From Octopus vulgaris (taxonomy: Eukaryota): a stretch of DNA of 64,000 nucleotides. The stretch's first letter is position 1. Each line of letters starts with the position of its first letter. The notes under the pieces are model-generated. The model saw only the letters and a list, made by a program, of their open reading frames with translations. It was not told the origin of the DNA and ran no database searches. The translations under genes and the position numbers were made by a program. Below, in pieces: positions 1 to 12,550 of this stretch. The DNA is taken from positions 81,220,001 to 81,284,000 of the forward strand of contig OX597814.1 in assembly GCA_951406725.2 (NCBI GenBank), given 5' to 3'.

Positions 1-46
1 AAAGGTATATCTATTTATATGTGAGATAGGTAAAGGTATATCTATT

Positions 47-54
<8 letters not shown>

Positions 55-103
<49 letters not shown>

Positions 104-294
104 GCATATATATGTATATATACATCCATACACACACAAGTATATATATATATTTGTATGTGCATTTGTAATAATGTATGTATTTAAAACACATATATTT
201 ATATATTTTATATATGTTTAAACAGGTACATGCATATATCTTTATATGAGATCAGTATGTGTATATATATGTGATTATAGATATACATTTATGT

Positions 295-358
<64 letters not shown>

Positions 359-364
359 ACACAC
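55..364. repeat. (TA)n and (CA)n microsatellites
   Basis: (TA)n at about 55-100 and (CA)n at about 295-364; these explain ORF 252..449. Confidence 0.95.
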
Positions 365-1141
365 ATATGTGTCTGTATGAAAAACAAGGCCAGGGAGTAA
401 AACAAGGATAGATAAAGAGAGTGATGCTAACTATTGAAGTGCTGCTCAAAATAGTGTTTATATGGTGCTATTATATTTGTTGCCAGCAGACATGGAGTTC
501 AAAGAGTTAATTTTTGGACAACAGTTATTACAGTTATTAGACTGATTATATGAAGAACCGATTATGTGTACTGCCACAAGCAGAACCAACTTGAAAGACT
601 TATGGATCCAATATTACAGCACTTAAAAGCAACAGGTAGTACTGTATGTGGTTGTGTGAATGGGTAGAAGCAACAGTTTGGTCTTTCTTAAATTGCACTC
701 TTGCTCTTGAAAAATGGAATCACACTCTGGATAATGTAGTTGAGAGATATGAATGTAAAAGACAGAATCATATATCTGCTCAGTAAATTTTGAACTGGGC
801 TTAAATAAGAAAATAGTTTATCCAAAATATCAAAGTATTTTTTGTCCCAATTTTTAGTATCTTAAATTTTTTTGAATCTGAAGTATTACTAAGTAAATTC
901 ATAGAACAGGGCTGTTTTCCTCTTGATGTGGAAATGCATATCACTGAAGAAACATTTTGTAAAAGAATAAAAATATACACAAAATCCCACTAGCAGTAGG
1001 AATTTATTTGCAGTATATTATTCATAGCTCATAGGTTATAAGTTGATCTTCTGTTTCAAAGTAATAAGGGTTGTATTAATAGTTTCTCCATAGTTTCAAA
1101 TAAATTCTTATCTGTGGTTCTATACATAAATAAGCATATAC

Positions 1142-1177
<36 letters not shown>

Positions 1178-1387
1178 ATAATTTATATTTAACAGTGAAT
1201 CTGAGGGAGCTGCTGCTCAAAGTTCCAAGTTCCACTTTGTCTTATAAAAGGGAGTTTTATTTTGCATCTGTGGATGTGTATATGTCAGTAGTGATAACCT
1301 CTCAGTCATAAATGCTTCTGATCATACAAGGTTAAGAAATTGATTCCCTTTGTTCTTCGTGTTATCTGTACAGTGTGTATGTGTGTG

Positions 1388-1428
<41 letters not shown>

Positions 1429-2195
1429 ATAGATATTTAGATAGGTAGATAGATAGATCAATAGATAGATAGATCAATAAATAGATATATATAGATAGAT
1501 ATGCATGCAAATACATACATACATACATACATATATATATATACACACACACACTCCTACATTTATGCAGATATGTATACTTACATGTACATATACATAC
1601 CTACATATATATATTCTCAAAAATATACATATATATGTATACACATATATGTACATATCTATGCATAACTGCATGTATGTGTGTGTGTATATCTATATAT
1701 TTATACATGCACACACACACACAAATGCACATATACACATGTATGTATGCTTGTATGTCTGAACATAAATTAACCTATGTGTATGTATGAGTCTGTATGA
1801 GTGTGTATGTGTGTATAAGGAAAACTTGAGGATCAATCAATAAATAATGTTACAACAGAACCACAAACGAAAGGATCAAAGCAACCAAATGCCCAGGATT
1901 CAAAAATGATTATGTTCTTACTGTGTTCACATGAAATGTGATATATGTCAGAGAGTATATGGTATGGTGGTAATTACAACCAGGCATCATCCCTAGAGAT
2001 CTGTGGTCTCCATTTTTATCAGTTTTTCACATTTAAAACGTATAAATACAGAAACACATACACGTACACACACACACACTCCTCTCACATATACATGCAT
2101 AGATACACACAGATTACTGAAATGGGAGTAAGATATAAATGCAGATGTGTATATATGTTTATGAATAAGGGTTTGTGTGCATATATATGTGCGTG

Positions 2196-2226
<31 letters not shown>

Positions 2227-2412
2227 CCAAATTCGATGACTGGCATCCGTGCTAGTGGACCGCTAACAGCTCCATCCGAGTGGGATAACTGCCAGAGCAA
2301 CTGTTTGGCTCGATAAAAATTGTAAGACAACAAAAGAATGAAAGAGACCTTGATATTATGTATAGAGGAATTTATCTGTAAATGTAATATGTGACAATTA
2401 TTTGGTAGCCAT

Positions 2413-2473
2413 GATAAAACTCTGAGTTTCAGATACCGGAGTGGAAATCCATGCCGTCATCTCTTCAGTTATC
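2413..2473 (-). ncRNA. Hammerhead ribozyme-like motif (minimal type I, Penelope-like), extended stem II
   Basis: Minus strand reads GATAA-CTGAAGA-gatgacggcatggatttccactccggtatct-GAAA-CTC-A-GAG-TT-TTATC. Stem I is GATAA/TTATC, the CUGANGA and GAAA cores are intact, stem III is CTC/GAG, and stem II is long and imperfect. Confidence 0.6.
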
Positions 2474-2478
2474 CGACC

Positions 2479-2524
<46 letters not shown>

Positions 2525-2919
2525 TAGCAGATATGACTGTATGAATGTACATACATATATATATCATTAAATAAATGTACTCTGTTAGAATATTATACAC
2601 TGAATTTATAATGGGTTCTCTTTGTATAAAATGTCAAAAATACTAATACTATAAAGTATGCATACATACATATATATATATATATATGTATATATATACG
2701 TTATTCTTCAGTCCTTTATACAGCAAGAACCATATGGTTTAATCGGAGTTTTTTAGTATCATAACAGGACTAAAATATCAATGTTATACATGCACATTTT
2801 ATTTACAGTTTATCGTTAAATAAAATTTCCCATTACCAAAAGATATGTATAAATATATATATGTACATATATGTATATATTGATGATTAGTAGCATAATG
2901 GTTGAAGACTGATATAGAC

Positions 2920-3175
2920 ACATACAACATACATACATGATGGCCGTCTGCTCATGATCGAGGAAGACTATTGCTGACCTTCCTGAACATTGTGCGCTCT
3001 AAGACTAACTTAAATTTTGCATTTGTGGCTCAGTTGGTGGCTAATGAGCCCCGCTCTTGTCAAGCATACATGACTGCAAACATTGCAAACCAAGTTTTCC
3101 CCATTCACTACACCAGCGGTGCACTTTTGAGGGGCACACTTAAATTCTTAATGTAGAATACATGCTCTCTTAAAG
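2920..3175 (-). mobile_element. RTE-type LINE 3' end (C2H2 zinc-finger C-terminus, 3' UTR, (ATGT)n tail)
   Basis: Minus translation of 3174-3010 is FKRACILH*EFKCAPQKCTAGVVNGENLVCNVCSHVCLTRAGLISHQLSHKCKI*, matching the CxxC...GLxxH..xH C-terminus of RTE ORFs. A short UTR and a simple-repeat tail follow. Confidence 0.7.
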
Positions 3176-3194
3176 ATATCAGCCCTCTCCTTAA

Positions 3195-3430
3195 CCCGCT
3201 TCCTCCATCAAAAACTTCAAAGCCAGCAGAAGAGGAAAGGAAGAAATCAAATGACAGCAGAGAAAGGCTCAACAAAATCAATCTCATTCTCCACCAACAT
3301 TGCCATGCAGTCAATGCCATTGACTCTTCTATGCAAGGATTGGTCTTCAGAATCATCAACAGTCTCATCATAACGGAAGCATTCAGTAAAGGAGAAAATA
3401 AATACTCAAATACTGACAACAACAAATAAG
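3195..3430 (+). mobile_element. Second RTE-type LINE 3' end (C2H2 C-terminus)
   Basis: Plus translation of 3201-3389 is SSIKNFKASRRGKEEIK*QQRKAQQNQSHSPPTLPCSQCH*LFYARIGLQNHQQSHHNGSIQ*; the C..C...F.ARIGL..H...H motif is typical of RTE LINEs. Confidence 0.7.
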
Positions 3431-4091
3431 TAACTTTGGATGTATACTTTTGCCACCCTGCATAATATCAGGAATTATAGCTTACATACAATATTTATAA
3501 TTTAACTTTTACCAAATTTGCCTTTCTCTTTGCCTTTTTTTTTCTTTCAGCTTTTTTTTTTCCAATTTTTCTATTCTTTACTTCTACAAATTTGTAGTTT
3601 CATGAAAGAATTAATCAAAAAATACTTTACACATAACTTGAATGACCTTTCTTTCACTTGATAATATGGTTCAAGCATTGTAAATATTGTATGCTTGTTT
3701 AAAAATGCCATATATTTGTTTAAATTTTTAATTGTTAACAAAAATGGAAAAGGAAAATCGTTTTGGAAAATGGATAAAATGTTTACTAGGTTTGTTTTTG
3801 CTATTTACTTAGTAGTCAACAAATGAAAAGTTTTACATGTTGTTACAATATATTATTTTAAAATCACGTGACTCTCTCTTCTTCTATTATTGAGTGTTAT
3901 ACAGGAACCACATAGATACATTCTGGAATCCTGACAAAAATTTTGAAGTGCTGTTTTATTGCTTCTAAAATATACTATTAAATGGTAATTAAGTTGGTTT
4001 AATAAATCTCTGTAATCAGAGGAATTATTTACACTACAAATGTGGAATCCCAAATGTCTACAAAAATCTAAGTTTATTTTTGCATATTACT

Positions 4092-4131
<40 letters not shown>

Positions 4132-4224
4132 AGGTAAATACCAGTATGTCAAATACCATAGAACAAAAATTACATATATACACACACGTAAATTTAGTGG
4201 GGCACCATATCATCATCCTCCTCC

Positions 4225-4748
4225 TCATCATCATCATCATCATCATTATAATCATTTAACATCCATTTTTCATGCTGGCATGGATTGGGCAGTTTGACAG
4301 GAGCTGGTAAGCCAGAAGACTACACCAGGCTTCACTGTTTTGATATAGTTTTTGCAACTGAACACCAGCCACCCAACAGAGTGAACTGAGTGCTTTTTAC
4401 ATGGCACCAACACCAGTGAGGTGTGTTTTGGCATGGCTTTTATGGCTAGGTGTCCTTCCTAATGTCAGTCACTTTACAGAGTGGCCTGGATGCTTTTTAT
4501 GTGGCATCAACACCAGTGAGGTCTACTTGGGCACAGTTTTTACAAATGGGCTCCCTTCAAATGTCAACGCCTCTATGGTGTAGACTGGATGCTTTTTACA
4601 TGGCACCAGCATCGATGGGGTTACCAAGTAACTCACAAGACAAAGATCCTTTGAGACTTTGAGAGGTGGGTATTGGAAGATGCAGCCTTGTGCCAAGTAA
4701 TGAGAGGTTAGAGTGTAACAGAGGAACAGAAACAGGTTTCTTGTAGAG
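4225..4748 (-). mobile_element. RTE-3'UTR-related repeat with (GAT)n tail, decayed
   Basis: (CAT)n followed by tttaacatccatttttcatgctggcatgg...ccttcctaatg...gctttttacatggcacc, as in the copies at 21620, 35100 and 55065; interrupted by a hAT MITE. Confidence 0.7.
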
Positions 4749-5053
4749 CAGTGCTTCTCAAACTATCTGATGTAGCATACTGGCAGTTTTATTTCCAATG
4801 TGCCAGAGGCCGGTAATGTTTCTTAGGAATATCAATTTATACCGGAAATAATATTTAATGGATATAATAAAAGTTGACAATTTTTTTTATCTTATATTTA
4901 TTTTGTAAACAAATGATACAAAATTACATAAGCATTTTATACGCATTTTATAAGCATGTTATAATGTTTCTTTTCTGGAATCTCGCCATGTACCAGCAGC
5001 TGATGGCTCACAGACTGACACCTGACCACAGACCGTCACTTTGAGTAGCACTG
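4749..5053. mobile_element. hAT-superfamily MITE
   Basis: TIRs CAGTGCTTCTCAAA / TTTGAGTAGCACTG; perfect 8-bp TSD TTGTAGAG at 4741-4748 and 5054-5061. Confidence 0.9.
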
Positions 5054-5679
5054 TTGTAGAGGAGATACATGTTACCCAACCACCTATACTCACAAACACA
5101 CACATATACACTCACCTACATGCATACATACAGTGTCCCCCATTACATTTCCTAAATTTCCTAAAAGTGCATATTTCTTTTTAATGAAATTTGATAGACA
5201 CACATATCTATGGTGTACTTCACCATTATGTTGATAACCTTAATATAATATTTTCTGGAGGAAATTTGGATCATTCTACACTTTCTGATTGTCTTTCCTT
5301 TTAATTCTTTCTTTTTTTCCTTTCTTTTTTTCTTCTTTTATTAAAATGCATATATTTAAATGACATTTTGCTGAAACACATAATATAGATATTCCAAAAC
5401 CTGAATCTGAAAGAAAACTGAACAATGCTAAAGTTGACAAAAATTTCTGCTAACAAAGTCTGGAATGGAAGGAAAGAGAATGGTCCAAAGCTTCTACTAA
5501 AAATTATTTTTCTATATTCTATCACCATAATCACAATCTATTCTATCAAAAACCTATCTCTGCAATATTTCATTTAAAAAAAAAATCTGTATTTTTCAGA
5601 AAGTTATAAGAATTAAAATAGGAGGTGGGACACCATACTGGAATATTCTCTCTCCCTCTCCCTCTCTCTCTCTCTCTGT

Positions 5680-5726
<47 letters not shown>

Positions 5727-5974
5727 ATATATGTATCTTAATCAAATTCATATTCAATTTTTGCATTTTTACAATATTACACTTTACATATTAGTAATAA
5801 TGTGAAATGCAATATTGGAAAATTACAAAAATAAAATGTGAAAATCAAACTGTTGGAATTTGATAGACTAATATACTTATCTATACACAATGTTACAATT
5901 CTAAACTCTGTGTGTGTTTGTGTACATATATGTGTGTGGGGTGTAAGTATATATTTTTATATATATGTATGCAT

Positions 5975-6014
<40 letters not shown>

Positions 6015-6649
6015 AGAGTGTGAGTGAATGTGTATGTGAACTTTCATGATATAAAATCAACATGGGCTGCACTTTTGGTTTCAAATGGGTTTTTTTTTAA
6101 AGACAAACTATGAAATAAAGTGAAAATATATTTTTCCAATAATGTGTGTTTTAAGTTATATACTCTATATGTATAAATGCTATTTAGATTTTTAAAATTA
6201 TTTGTCAGTTACATACACGAGCTCATATCTTCCATTTCACACATGCTTGTATTTATCCACCATAACCAGTGTCATTTACACCACATTCTCCTCTTCACCA
6301 TCTGTAATCTTTTGTCGTCACATTGTATGTGTAGCATTTTTTTACTCACTGCCTCCCACCAAGCACTCATGTTACACCTGTTATGATAACTCTATCTCTC
6401 TTTTACTGTCTCTTTCCCTCTCTATATATGACATAAAGCGTGACTAGAGAAATCATTCAATCAATCAATCAGTGTTTATATATATTGACTGTTTTATATA
6501 CATGTATGTGTGCATAACTATGTCCATTATAAAATACACATGCACACACACATACTTATACCTTATATCTATTTTACATTTCCACTTTGTCACAGCAGGA
6601 CCAATAACTGGTTGTTAGAATACAGCATACTCATAATGCACAATATTGC

Positions 6650-6812
6650 TTTCAAATTTTAACACAAGGTCAGTAAGTTCAGGAGAGGATGTAAATCAAT
6701 GGTATCAACCCCAGTGCTCAACTGGTACTTATTTTATTGACTCCAAAAGGATGAAAAGCAAAGTCAGCCCTTAGCAGAATTTGAACTCAGAATGTAAAGA
6801 CAGATGAAAAGC
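6650..6812 (-). mobile_element. SINE family A, partial
   Basis: ccccagtgctcaactggtacttatttt...aggatgaaaagcaaagtc...gaatttgaactcagaa matches the full copies at 12320 and 30022. Confidence 0.8.
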
Positions 6813-7093
6813 TCTGACAATGAGGTAGTGTGAATTCAACCCATTCACATCATCAGCTCCAGACTCTTATATGAGCCAGAAGATAGGTACAGAGTCTAAT
6901 ATTAATTCAAATAAATGACAAAAGAATCAGAGTTGTGCAATTGTACTTTATGTATGAAAATGAAGGTTATTATGCTCTGTACTTCTTTCCTGGTTCATAC
7001 ATATAAAGAGGCCAGAGTCAAGGTTGCCAATGAATTTACAGCTCACTAAAAATATTTTAGTATGTTTCAATATGTTAAGCCATCATCAAACTG

Positions 7094-7136
7094 CAGTCTG
7101 ATGACAGCTTAACTGGCAGAAACTTTGAAGTCACTG
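7094..7136 (+). ncRNA. Hammerhead ribozyme-like motif (minimal type I), decayed
   Basis: CAGT-CTGATGA-cagcttaactggca-GAAA-CTT-TG-AAG-TC-ACTG. Stem I is CAGT/ACTG, stem III is CTT/AAG, the cleavage triplet is GUC; stem II is imperfect. Confidence 0.6.
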
Positions 7137-7272
7137 TCAACAACATTCTTGTATAAGAATATTTACTGTATGCACTCCAAATGTATAGAGTAACCCATCA
7201 AATTAATGTAAGATTGTTTTTACTATAAGTGGAACATAAAAGCAAATATTATTATATATGTATGTGTATGTG

Positions 7273-7312
<40 letters not shown>

Positions 7313-7400
7313 AAATAAGCAGAAAATGGAGAAAACTTTTGATCAACAAACAAATTGACTACCATCAGTAAATTATTTTTAATACAAAACTTTAGCATTG

Positions 7401-7512
7401 CTTACAGCCATTTCTGCTACCAATGTCAGTTGGTGCCTCCAACGAAAATTATGAGAATAATATTCATCATCTTTATGTCACATCCAATCTAGTACATGAA
7501 GCTTCATCAGAG
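7401..7512 (-). ncRNA. Decayed hammerhead-like motif with about 90-nt stem II region
   Basis: Minus strand CT-CTGATGA-agcttcatgt...acattggtagca-GAAA-tggctg-TA-AG. The cores are intact and the stem II base is partly complementary. Confidence 0.4.
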
Positions 7513-8169
7513 GTTATTATGGTTCTGAGTGTTACCTTTACTAAATTTGGGGTGGTTATGGGCTTTATTGTTTTCATTCTTACTATTACTGCTATTGTTG
7601 TTATATATATATATATATATATATATCACATTAGGCATATAAATTTTGAAATATCACACATTTCTGCTTATCTAATCAGTCATATGACTGAACATGCTTG
7701 AAGAGTTTTGTTGAAAAATGCCTTTCTAAATGTTTGGAGAATATATATATAGTTATAAAAATATGATTTAAATTTATTTTCAGTTAATCTGCTATAAGTT
7801 TAAAATACAGTCCTATTGTCTGTTTATAAATAAACTGCTAATTCTAGAACACAATTACGTTTATATACACATTTATTTGGAAACATTATTTGAGAGTCTT
7901 TTAACCTCAAAATAGATGACAAAGTGTAATATTTAGCACCCTGCTATACATTTATTTTTCTTAATGATCAGAAGCCTAATTTTTCTTGTGACCCTAAATA
8001 TAGGCTAATTAACACCACAAATGTATCTTAGGAATATTTGGCAAGCAAATCCTGGAATCTATTATATTTAGAATTTTAAAAATGTAACAAAAGTATATTA
8101 GGAATATATTCCTGCAACAAACAGGTCTCTAAATGTACATAGTTTGATATTATCAAGTTTCATCTCTTC

Positions 8170-8462
8170 AGGCATGACAATGTGATTAAGAAGTTTGCTT
8201 CCCAACCACATGGCTTCGGGTTCAGTTTCACTATGTAACACCATGGGCAGATGTCATTTCTATAGCTCTAGGACAACCAAAATCTTGTGAGTGAATTTTG
8301 CAAGTGGAAAGTGAAACAAGCTTGCTTTGTGTGTGTGTGAATGTATGTTTGTGTCTCCTTGTCTTGATATTGTATGATTGTTGTAAACAAGTATAGTTGT
8401 CATTCATTTTCAATATTCTGAACCCATGCCAGCATGGAAAACAGACGTTAAAGAATGATGAT
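8170..8462 (+). mobile_element. SINE family B head with alternative (GAT)n-tailed 3' module
   Basis: aagaagtttgcttcccaaccacatgg..gggttcagt..catgggcagatgtc..tatagc..ttgtgagtga; ends aacccatgccagcatggaaaacagacgttaaagaatgatgatg. Confidence 0.75.
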
Positions 8463-8792
8463 GATAATTTCATCCTAGTTGATGCAACACTTTTGTAATA
8501 CACATTTATACAAGGTACCATGAGACTGAACTCAGAACAATATCGTGAAGTAACCTTCTGAACCCTCTTCTAGGTTTTCAACCATGAATATTTCGGTTCA
8601 GTCTTACACTCCTACAAATAAAGATGGTTTGAAATTATATAAACTGCCTATAGGCAACTCCTTCAAGGAGATTAAGCATATAACCCATATTTGCAACTAC
8701 TAGTTCACATCTGACACAGCAAAAATTTACTTAAACTTCAAAGTCACTATCAATCTTTTATTTTTGAAAATAAATAAATAAATATACAGGGT

Positions 8793-9000
8793 GTGGGGTA
8801 CTGAAAAGTTCTTAGCTTTAAAGGTATCAAGAAAGGCCTGGCTGGAGACACAACCTTCCTAGTTCTTTTATAGGGCTTAGAAAGACTGAAGGACCGATGC
8901 AATAAGTGTGTGAATCTGAGAGGGGAAAAACATCATAATTAACTGATCCTCCTGTATTTTCTTTTACCCAAAGCCATGAACTTTTCAGAACCCTTTCATA
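8793..9000 (+). mobile_element. Mariner-derived MITE
   Basis: TIRs ggggtactgaaaagttcttagcttt / aaagccatgaacttttcagaaccc; the interior encodes GLERLKDRCNKCVNLRGE, a mariner transposase C-terminus. Confidence 0.8.
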
Positions 9001-9034
9001 CAACATCAGCATATTCTGATCTCTTTTTTTTTTC

Positions 9035-9428
9035 TCTTTTTACTTGTTTCAGTCATTTTGACCATGGCCATGCTAGTGCACTGCCTTTAATCGAGCAACT
9101 CGACCCCGGGACTTATTCTTTGTAAGCCTAGTACTTATTCTATCGGTCTCTGTTGCCGAACCGCTAAGTGATGGGGACATAAACACACCAGCATTGGTTG
9201 TCAAGCAATGCTAGGGGGACAAACACAGATACACAAACATACACGCACTTACATATATATACATATATACGATGGGCTTCTTTCAGTTTCCGTCTACCAA
9301 ATCCACTCACAAGGCTTTGGTCGGCCCGAGGCCATAGTAGAAGACACTTGCCCAAAGTGCCATGCAGTGGGACTGAACCCAGAACCATGTGGTTGGTAAA
9401 TAAGCTACTTACTACACAGCCACTCCTG
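9035..9428 (-). mobile_element. SINE family B, full-length young copy (tRNA-like head, CORE-like segment, internal microsatellite)
   Basis: Sense strand: ggagtggctgtgtagtaag...GGTTCAGTCCC (B-box-like)...ttgggcaagtgtcttctactat...gaaactgaaagaagcccatcg-(TA/TG)n-...tgactgaaacaagtaaaaaga; many CpGs are retained. Confidence 0.9.
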
Positions 9429-10989
9429 ATGTTCATTTGTCTATGCTTCCATGAGTTGGAGGGAATTTGTTGGCAGATTTTCTATGTTGGATGCCTTTCC
9501 TGTCATCAACTTTCCAAGTAAGGTAATATTTCCTCATGAATAGACATATTTTTATGGAAGACTGTAAAAAAATGACACTACTTGCAGTGATGGTGACACT
9601 CATTTACAATTATCATGTGAAATCAAGGTAAGGAGACAGTAACACACATACAAAGGTGTTAGGAAGGGCATCAAGCCATAAAGGCCTATGCCAAACAGAC
9701 AGTGGAGCTAGGTGCAGTCCTCTGGCTTACTAGCTCCTGTCAAACCATTCAAGCCATACCATCAATTCCAGCATGGGAGATGGACAATATCAAATGATGA
9801 TGATGAGGATATATGTGTGTGTGTGTATTTATATATATATAGATATAGATATAGATATAGATATATATACACACACACATGACAGGCATCTTTCAGTTTC
9901 CATCTACTTTTGATCAATCCAGGGCTATAGTAGAAGATACCTTCCCAAAGTGCAACACAGTGGTACTCTATCCAAAATCATATGGTTGGAAAGCAAACTT
10001 CTTACCACAAAGCCCATACCTCACCAACGATGGCTCTGAATATATATATTACAGTTTTCCCCTCTTGGCCTGTCTTGAAATGTTAGGATTCTCCTCTCCA
10101 CCTCTTCCCTACAACACTTCACTAAATACTTTATTCTGTTATTTCTTTACCAAAAAACTATATCATTCCACTACTTAAGAAATGATTGAAATTAATTGGT
10201 TTTTCTGGGAAGTTTGTGGGGGATTTATATTTTTATATTTTCATGTTTCTTCTTCAGTTATTTTTATTGATAAAATATCAGTTGTATGAAATATCTGTCA
10301 CATTTTTCTGACGTTGAATAAAATAAAGCAAAGAATTTCTCTGGCACCATTTTCATTCACAAGACACTCAAAATTTTCAGCAGTTGCCATCCTTTAATTA
10401 TCATTGGCATTAGAATTGTAAATAATGGTCTGTTATTCTGACATAAATTTATGATTTTTATACATTTTATTTTCATTATTGTATTTTGTTTTACTTTTTG
10501 GCTTTTGAATTTTATATTTTTCTCCTCTTGAAAAAAATTTTATATACTTCCAAGTCAAACAAAATTAAATTCGATTTTCTGTTTTTAATAGTTATTTTTT
10601 AAATCACTTTTTTTTTTTTACATTTGTGTTTTATCTGGACTTTTCAGTATAATTTCAAAAGGTCAGTATATTTATAGGGATGGGAGTGTTCTTGTTTTCA
10701 TATTCTCATTTAAAAAGGTTTGTCGTAATTACTGCCTAAGATGAAAGGAGGACATAGTTTATTTCCACTTTTTATTTGGCTCTGATTCCTATTATTAAAA
10801 GAAAAAGAAAAAGGAAAGTGATTGTCAAAAAAAGGATTAAAACATTATTTTATCCTTTTACTATTTCAGTTATTAGACTCTGCTCATGCTGGAGCACTAC
10901 CTTAAACTTTGTTGTTGTTTTTTTTTTATTTTACTTTTATTTGATTGTATCAGCCTCATTTATCAGGCATTTATTTTAGGTATGTCTCT

Positions 10990-11370
10990 CTAGTTAAGAA
11001 GTTCACTTTTCAACCATGAGGCTTCATGTTCATTCCCATTATGTGGCACCTTGGGTGAGTGTTTTCTAATTTAGCCCCAGGTTGACCAATGCCCTCTGAG
11101 TATATTTGATAGATGGAAATTGTATGGAAGCTTATTGTGTATGTAAAGTGAGAGTGTGTCTGTGTTTGTCCCCCACCACACACACACACACACACTGTTT
11201 GATAAGCAGTGTTACTTTGTTAACATTCCCTGTAACATAGCAGTTTGGCAAAAGAGATTTATAGAATAAGTATCAGTTTTAAAAAATAAGTACTGGAGTT
11301 ATTATGATTAAACAAACCCATCAAGGTAGTGCCCCAGCATGGTCTAGTGACTGAAACAAGAAAAAGATAA
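10990..11370 (+). mobile_element. SINE family B, diverged
   Basis: Same module order as 9035-9428: ggcaccttgggtgagtg ... internal (TG/CA)n ... gtgactgaaacaag. Confidence 0.8.
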
Positions 11371-12319
11371 CCTCAGTAGGATGAAAAGAAAACATTGTAG
11401 TGAATCAGCATAATAGTTAGGACACTGTCCAGAAACTTTTGTCGTATTTGTTGCAGCACTTGGCATTCTGAGTTCAAATTCCACCAACATCAACTTTGTC
11501 TTCCATTTTTTGGGAGTTCAATAAGGTGGCAGTCCCGGGACAAGAGAGTGACAGAAGTATTAGGATGTCAGATGAATTGCCTTGTTATATCTCTTCCAGC
11601 TCCTTGCATTCCGAATTGAGATTATTGTCCCTTTTACCAACCTCTTTGTTGTGGGAGATAGGAACTGGCTTATGATGATAGATTCCTAAAGTCTTTATAA
11701 CATCTGACAGCAAGGTATATTGATTACTTTATTCAGTGTAGCAGCTAAATCTTCCTCCACAAATTCTAGTCCCTCCTACAAGCATTTTTCAACCACTTGT
11801 GTGTAACACATACTTAGTATATGGTATATTTTTAAAGCAAATTAGAAAATGGTTAAGATATTTAGAAAATTTAAATGTATTTAATGCACAATATATCCCT
11901 TATACCAGGCATGTGCCATCAGTAATTACTCAGGGTAGGCAGTTGGTGGCCTTTATGCAGTGAAATTGACAAAAATAAGTGAAACACAGGTGCACGACTG
12001 AGTTGAAGATAGATTTACTTCTGCCTTTATAGCACATAAAGAAAACGTTGTAGGAATATATGTGGCACATTTACTACAGCAGTATTATGTGTAGCTTAAA
12101 TACTGAGATCGAAAAACAGGGGCAAATTATGTCTAGACCTGATCTACAAAAAAATAAAGTATTTTGCATTTTATGCATAGTAATCAGAGGAACCTTCATA
12201 GTTTTATTGAATTAGGTGTACATTTTGCCATAAAAGGAAAATGTTGCAATCGATCAATTTTATTTAATGTAGGCACTGACTACCTTGCCTACCTAGACAA
12301 CACATTCCTGCCTTATACC

Positions 12320-12550
12320 TATTTCTTTACTACCCACAAGGGGATAAACACAGAAAGGACAAACAAGGACAGACAAACGGATTAAGTCGATTATATCGAC
12401 CCCAGTGCGTAACTGGTACTTATTTAATCGACCCTGAAAGGATGAAAGGCAAAGTCGACCTTGGCAGAATTTGAACTCAGAATGTAGCAGCAGACGAAAT
12501 ACCGCTAAGCATTTTGCCCGTCGTGCTAACGTTTCTGCCAGTTCCCTGCC
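12320..12550 (-). mobile_element. SINE family A, full-length young copy with TSD
   Basis: Sense: ctggcagaaacgttagca...GAGTTCAAATTC...gtcgactttgcctttcatcctttcagggtcgattaaataagtacc...gtaaagaaatagg; 13-bp direct repeat CCTGCCTTATACC at 12307-12319 and 12545-12557. Confidence 0.9.
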
